NCBI GenBank assembly: GCA_027031765.1
Contig: JALVPN010000211.1
Coordinates: 1 to 30,173, forward strand
DNA from: Promethearchaeota archaeon
GTDB lineage: Archaea > Asgardarchaeota > Thorarchaeia > Thorarchaeales > Thorarchaeaceae
Direction: 5' to 3'
DNA: 30,173 bases
The notes beneath the pieces are model-generated. The model ran no database searches and was not told the DNA's origin. It saw only the letters and a list, made by a program, of their open reading frames with translations. Shown here piece by piece: positions 26,313-30,173 of the stretch; positions within the stretch are counted from its first letter, which is position 1, and every line of letters starts with the position of its first letter. Position numbers and translations under genes: made by a program.

Positions 26313-27191
26313 TCATGCAAGGAGAACAAGGCCCAAGTAGTGTACCGCCCATGGGAAGAGCGCCAGCACGGAGGGTAGTGGAATACCGGGCAGTAGCCTG
26401 CCGGGCCGGGCAAGAACAAACACATTGACCGATATCCCAGTGAGCATGAGTACCACGGACATCAGCCAGACAAAGGGCGGGAAGTAGACGAGCGTGTGGG
26501 CGGCAAGTAGAGAGAAGACCACGTAGTCCCCGACGCCGACGGCCGCGGCCCTTGTCTGGACGCGTGTGTAGTCAAAGGGGTCAACACCGACATGTCCTTC
26601 AAGCTCTGTCGGCACCGATGCTCGGCTATGACGTACAATGAGATAGTCCTCCACAACAAGGGTGGTCACTATCACGGCGATGCTCGACGTGACCGTGATG
26701 ATGCCCAGGAATGTGCCGAACACGCTGCCATAGAATATGACGAATAGGTTCCTGACGGCGGGCGGGAGCGCATCAATGAGTACAAGGATGAGCGCAAGCA
26801 TCGACACCCCCAGCGACACCACCAGTAGTATCCCCTGCGCCACACTGGTCGCACCCTTGAACATCAGGAGCAAAAAGGCCTGACCTATGAACAGCGAGAC
26901 CGCGTACGTGAGTGGCGATACCACAAATGCGACTACCAAGCGTCGACCAAGATGCCGGTGACGACGCAGGGCCCACGAAAGCAGGAGTACAACAGCAGCC
27001 CCGAGGACTGTCGACACGACGGCCTGGATGACGAGGGCACCCAGTGTCATCTCTTGGGGCTGACCGACGACTTCGCCAATGTAGGGTGTGGTCAAGACAG
27101 ATGCCGCAATACCTGAGCCTACTGCGAGAGGAATGGAGGAGAGGATGACGAGCTGAACACGCGGACGTTCCACAGTGGACAACCCCAGCAT
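26313..27191 (-). CDS. Presenilin/SPP-family (A22) GxGD intramembrane aspartyl protease
   Basis: Multi-TM. First Asp in VVEDYL (26646-26648), VGVGDYVVFSLL (GxGD, 26526-26537), PAL-like LLPGIPLP near the C-terminus. Confidence 0.8.
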   Translation of the reverse strand: MLGLSTVERPRVQLVILSSIPLAVGSGIAASVLTTPYIGEVVGQPQEMTLGALVIQAVVSTVLGAAVVLLLSWALRRHRHLGRRLVVAFVVSPLTYAVSLFIGQAFLLLMFKGATSVAQGILLVVSLGVSMLALILVLIDALPPAVRNLFVIFYGSVFGTFLGIITVTSSIAVIVTTLVVEDYLIVRHSRASVPTELEGHVGVDPFDYTRVQTRAAAVGVGDYVVFSLLAAHTLVYFPPFVWLMSVVLMLTGISVNVFVLARPGRLLPGIPLPSVLALFPWAVHYLGLVLLA

Positions 27192-27374
27192 GCGACTGGA
27201 GTGGGCAGCCACACCTAAATGGAATTGGATTGATGCAGGTACGTTGCAGGGCTGGCTGTCTTTCAGTACGGCTGTCCCTATTGGGACCTGTGCAGCCAGT
27301 ATGCAGTGGGCCCAGTGGCCTGTCAGTGAAATAAAAAGAAAGGAGGGGGACAGTAGTCCCCTTCAGGTTGTACT

Positions 27375-29297
27375 CTATCGCTCCCGCAGCAGCAGGTAGC
27401 CGCCGACCAGGATTACGACAGCAGCACCGACCGCGCCTGCGACGATTGCCATGGTGAACTCGGGCGCACCGCCGGTCGGGGTGGTCGTCGTCGTAGTAGT
27501 GGTCGTCGTCGTAGTAGTGGTCGTCGTCGTAGTAGTGGTCGTCGTCGTAGTAGTGGTCGTCGTTGTGGTCGTTGGTGGGGTCCAGCTCCTATCAGGTCCG
27601 AAGACGTAGTTCGGGTTGTAGGTCAACTCGGTGAACTCACCAGCCACGTACTCCGAAACGTTGAACGGACCAGAGGTAATCATGGCCTCCGCCGGTGGGT
27701 GCGGATCCCACTTGTTCCAGCCCTCAAGACCAATCGTCAAGAAGAAGTGCTCCGGGATGATGGTCTTGTAGGCCACCGTGTGCAGGTGCCAGTACGACTC
27801 CGAACTGAACTCAACGACGAGCCTGTATGTCGTCGGCGCGTACGCAGCGGTCATCTCCTTCAGGTCGGGCCCTATCGGGTTGCCCGGTGCGTCACGATAG
27901 TAGTTCAGCGTGTACGCCACGTCGTCGGCGGTCAGAGGTGTTCCGTCCGTCCATGTGGCGTTTTGTATGAGGTCAAACGTGAGTCGCGTATGTCCTTCCG
28001 GCACCGCAGGGTTGTCCGCGTGGGTCTCTATGACATAACTCTCAGCCAACCACGGCATGTCCTTTCCTTTCGGGTCGATTGTGACTAGGCTGTCGTAGAG
28101 CATCATCAGCACGTTGTTCGTGTATGCCGAGCTGCTCGTCATGAAGTTGAAGGTGTCGATGTCAAGTGGGTTGCTCCAGCGGAACGTACCGCCGAAGGGT
28201 GCGCCCTCCTGACCGCCCTTCAGGTGCACCTTGTAGTTGGTCCACCAGCCTGGGACACCTCCGCTCACATCGTTGACATAGCCCTCGAACCTGTCGGTCC
28301 GGTAGGCTGAGAGGAGGATGTTCTCGTAGCAGATGATCATTGGGCATGCGTGCACCCAGATCTCCTGCATGGCGAAGGCTGCGTCGTAGACGTCCTGGTA
28401 GTCGGTCGAGTGGAGCAGTGCGTCCCTGTACGAGTCGTAGGTCGAGTTGCGCCAGTTCGGGAAGTTGTAGAACGGCCTATCGGCGTACTCGGACCAGAAC
28501 TCGTAGGCCAGCCAGTCCACGTCGAAGGACCCAAAGCTCGTGCCCAGGAAGACGATGTCGTAGTCCTGGTGGTAGTAGAGCCGGACGAGGTACTCGTAGA
28601 AGTCAGTCGGCACAGACTCGGCATCGATCTTGAGGGCTTGGAGGGCTTCTGCCACTTTCTGGCCGACCTCAATGGCGATGTTTGAGGACTGAGCACACTC
28701 GACCTTCACGTGGAACGGGTTGCCGTGCGGGTCGTTCCTCTTCTTGGTAACAGGGTCAACGGTGAAGCCGGCCTCGTCGAGCAGTTTGTTGCCGAGCTCA
28801 ACATTGGCCTCGTAGTACGTGTACGGGAGGAGCCCCTCGCATGAGAACGGGTTCACCTTCGGTACACACGAGTCCTGTGGCTCGGACAGGCCGTCCCACA
28901 CGTTATCCGAGATTGCCTCCTTGTCCAGCGCAAAGGCAAGCGCTCTCCGGAACGCCGTGTAGTTGAACGGGTTCTTCGCGGTGTTTATGGTAACGTAGCC
29001 GTAACCGTTTCGGATGACGTTGGCGACCTCGACGTGCTCTGCCTGCTCTAGTGCTGGCAGGTGGGTCGGGTCGACCATGTCACCGATCAGGTCGATTTCG
29101 TTGTTCTGCAGCGCGAGCACTTGCTGGTCGTCGCCCTTGATTACGTTGTATACAATCTTGTCCACGAAGGGGCCAGTCTTCTTGAAGCCAGGCAACGGGA
29201 TTGTCTGTGCCTTGGCCCACATCGGGGAGATTGCCATCAACGTAAAAGCAGCGACAAGTGCCAGTGCAAGGACTCGCTTTGCACGCTTGTCAAGCAT
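27375..29297 (-). CDS. ABC transporter peptide/nickel-type solute-binding protein (family 5) with poly-Thr stalk and C-terminal TM anchor
   Basis: ATG 29297 with signal peptide MLDKRAKRVLALALVAAF. FRRALAFALD, WTDGTPLTADDVAYT, SGPF. 31 Thr, then a TM ending LLLRER. TATA-like CTTTTATT about 60 nt upstream. Confidence 0.92.
   Translation of the reverse strand: MLDKRAKRVLALALVAAFTLMAISPMWAKAQTIPLPGFKKTGPFVDKIVYNVIKGDDQQVLALQNNEIDLIGDMVDPTHLPALEQAEHVEVANVIRNGYGYVTINTAKNPFNYTAFRRALAFALDKEAISDNVWDGLSEPQDSCVPKVNPFSCEGLLPYTYYEANVELGNKLLDEAGFTVDPVTKKRNDPHGNPFHVKVECAQSSNIAIEVGQKVAEALQALKIDAESVPTDFYEYLVRLYYHQDYDIVFLGTSFGSFDVDWLAYEFWSEYADRPFYNFPNWRNSTYDSYRDALLHSTDYQDVYDAAFAMQEIWVHACPMIICYENILLSAYRTDRFEGYVNDVSGGVPGWWTNYKVHLKGGQEGAPFGGTFRWSNPLDIDTFNFMTSSSAYTNNVLMMLYDSLVTIDPKGKDMPWLAESYVIETHADNPAVPEGHTRLTFDLIQNATWTDGTPLTADDVAYTLNYYRDAPGNPIGPDLKEMTAAYAPTTYRLVVEFSSESYWHLHTVAYKTIIPEHFFLTIGLEGWNKWDPHPPAEAMITSGPFNVSEYVAGEFTELTYNPNYVFGPDRSWTPPTTTTTTTTTTTTTTTTTTTTTTTTTTTTTTTPTGGAPEFTMAIVAGAVGAAVVILVGGYLLLRER
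27481..27552. repeat. Tandem repeat, 4 exact copies of an 18-mer within the poly-Thr linker
   Basis: (GTGGTCGTCGTCGTAGTA)x4 plus a partial copy. The Thr run spans 27480-27572. Confidence 0.97.
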
Positions 29298-29819
29298 ATT
29301 CTCTCTATCTCCTTCCAAGTCGGAATCGGATTGTGGCTCATCTGATAGCCGCTCAATAAAAGCATTATGATGGCCGGAAACACACATAGGACTGCATCGG
29401 AGTGGCCCATCAGGGACGCCCCGCACGGTACTGTATGGTATTGCTGGAGTCCGGAGGTACAACACGCAGGCCAGACACAGGAAACAATCAAGTCCGACCT
29501 GGTACCTCTGGCAAGTGAGGGACGGGCCCGATACATGGTGGCTGCAACCACTGGCTACTGCCAGTAGAGCTGTAGACGCCGATGAGGGGCAGCCCTCGCT
29601 TTCCACACCTGATCACGCCGCACTATACTCCAGTACACTGCGGTCACCGGAAGTGTGACAGCCAGACTGCGAGAGTGGACTGGAGCATGAACCGTCCACA
29701 GTGTGGATGGGGCAGCCGCAACCAGAGTACTCAGGCCAGTGGGACAGGGGCCCAAGCACAGCACCACTAACAGGGCCAGGTGGTAGTGTGGACCGGCAGG
29801 TGCAGTGCGCGGCATCACA

Positions 29820-30173
29820 CTAGCGTTCACGCAGACGCGGGTTGAGCACCTGGTCAAGTGTGTGGCCCACGAAGGTGAATGACAAGGACAGGACCGTAAT
29901 CATGAGGCCCGGGAAGATTACGACCCACCACGCCCCTGAACTGAAGCCCCCTGCGGACTGCGCGTCAGCGAGCATGCGGCCCCAGCTCGGCTGGCTCGGG
30001 TCTGTGAGGCCCAGGAAGGCGAGCCCGGACTCCGAGAGGATTGCGCTCACGACGCCGAGAGTGATGTCTGCGAAGAGCAGGGGCGTCACATTTGGCAAGA
30101 CGTGTCTTATGATGATGTAGGTGTCAGAAGCGCCGATGGCACGGGCGGACTCCACATAGGCCTTGTTCTTCTC
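29820..30173 (-). CDS. dppC: Dipeptide/oligopeptide ABC permease (DppC/OppC), C-terminal part; truncated by window edge
   Basis: EAA motif YVESARAIGAS, IIRHVLPN, ESGLAFLGL, PSWGRML, WWVVIFPG, LNPRLR. Confidence 0.92.
   Translation of the reverse strand, partial: EKNKAYVESARAIGASDTYIIIRHVLPNVTPLLFADITLGVVSAILSESGLAFLGLTDPSQPSWGRMLADAQSAGGFSSGAWWVVIFPGLMITVLSLSFTFVGHTLDQVLNPRLRER

Noticed and set aside
29298-29606. 103-codon N-terminal extension of the SBP ORF
   Set aside because: The signal peptide starts at ATG 29297 and a TATA-like box lies inside the extension.

Overview
Archaeal genomic window, mostly GC-rich core with two accessory insertions at the left. An Asgard, Thorarchaeia-like host is inferred from a Snf7/ESCRT-III gene, a presenilin-like protease, a class III-like PRPP synthase, archaeal TATA boxes and a C-terminally anchored ABC solute-binding protein. 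From left to right: (1) the right end of an AT-richer restriction-modification island (N4/N6 methyltransferase tail plus a PD-(D/E)xK nuclease); (2) a divergent prs; (3) a decayed 2.5-kb insertion bracketed by a 165/167-bp, about 85% identical direct repeat that duplicates the prs tail and the head of the next gene; (4) housekeeping genes (udp, wecB, surE, AIR-synthase-like, thrC-like, CaCA antiporter, serB-like, IMPase/FBPase, Mrp/NBP35, HAD and alpha/beta hydrolases, dpp/opp ABC genes). The strongest signal is a ChlI-type AAA+ gene joined to a ChlD-like vWA gene by a candidate -1 frameshift cassette (A9 run, 7-nt spacer, GC hairpin). Unusually, a two-helix transmembrane hairpin is encoded right after the shift, so one locus could make both a soluble ATPase and a membrane-tethered AAA-TM-TM-vWA fusion. 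Other points of interest are a stand-alone ESCRT-III gene, a presenilin-like GxGD protease, a polytopic membrane protein ending in a Rad51-N-like HhH domain, and a stem-closed ncRNA candidate next to a perfect 21-bp operator-like palindrome. All family calls come from motif recognition by eye; no database searches were run.
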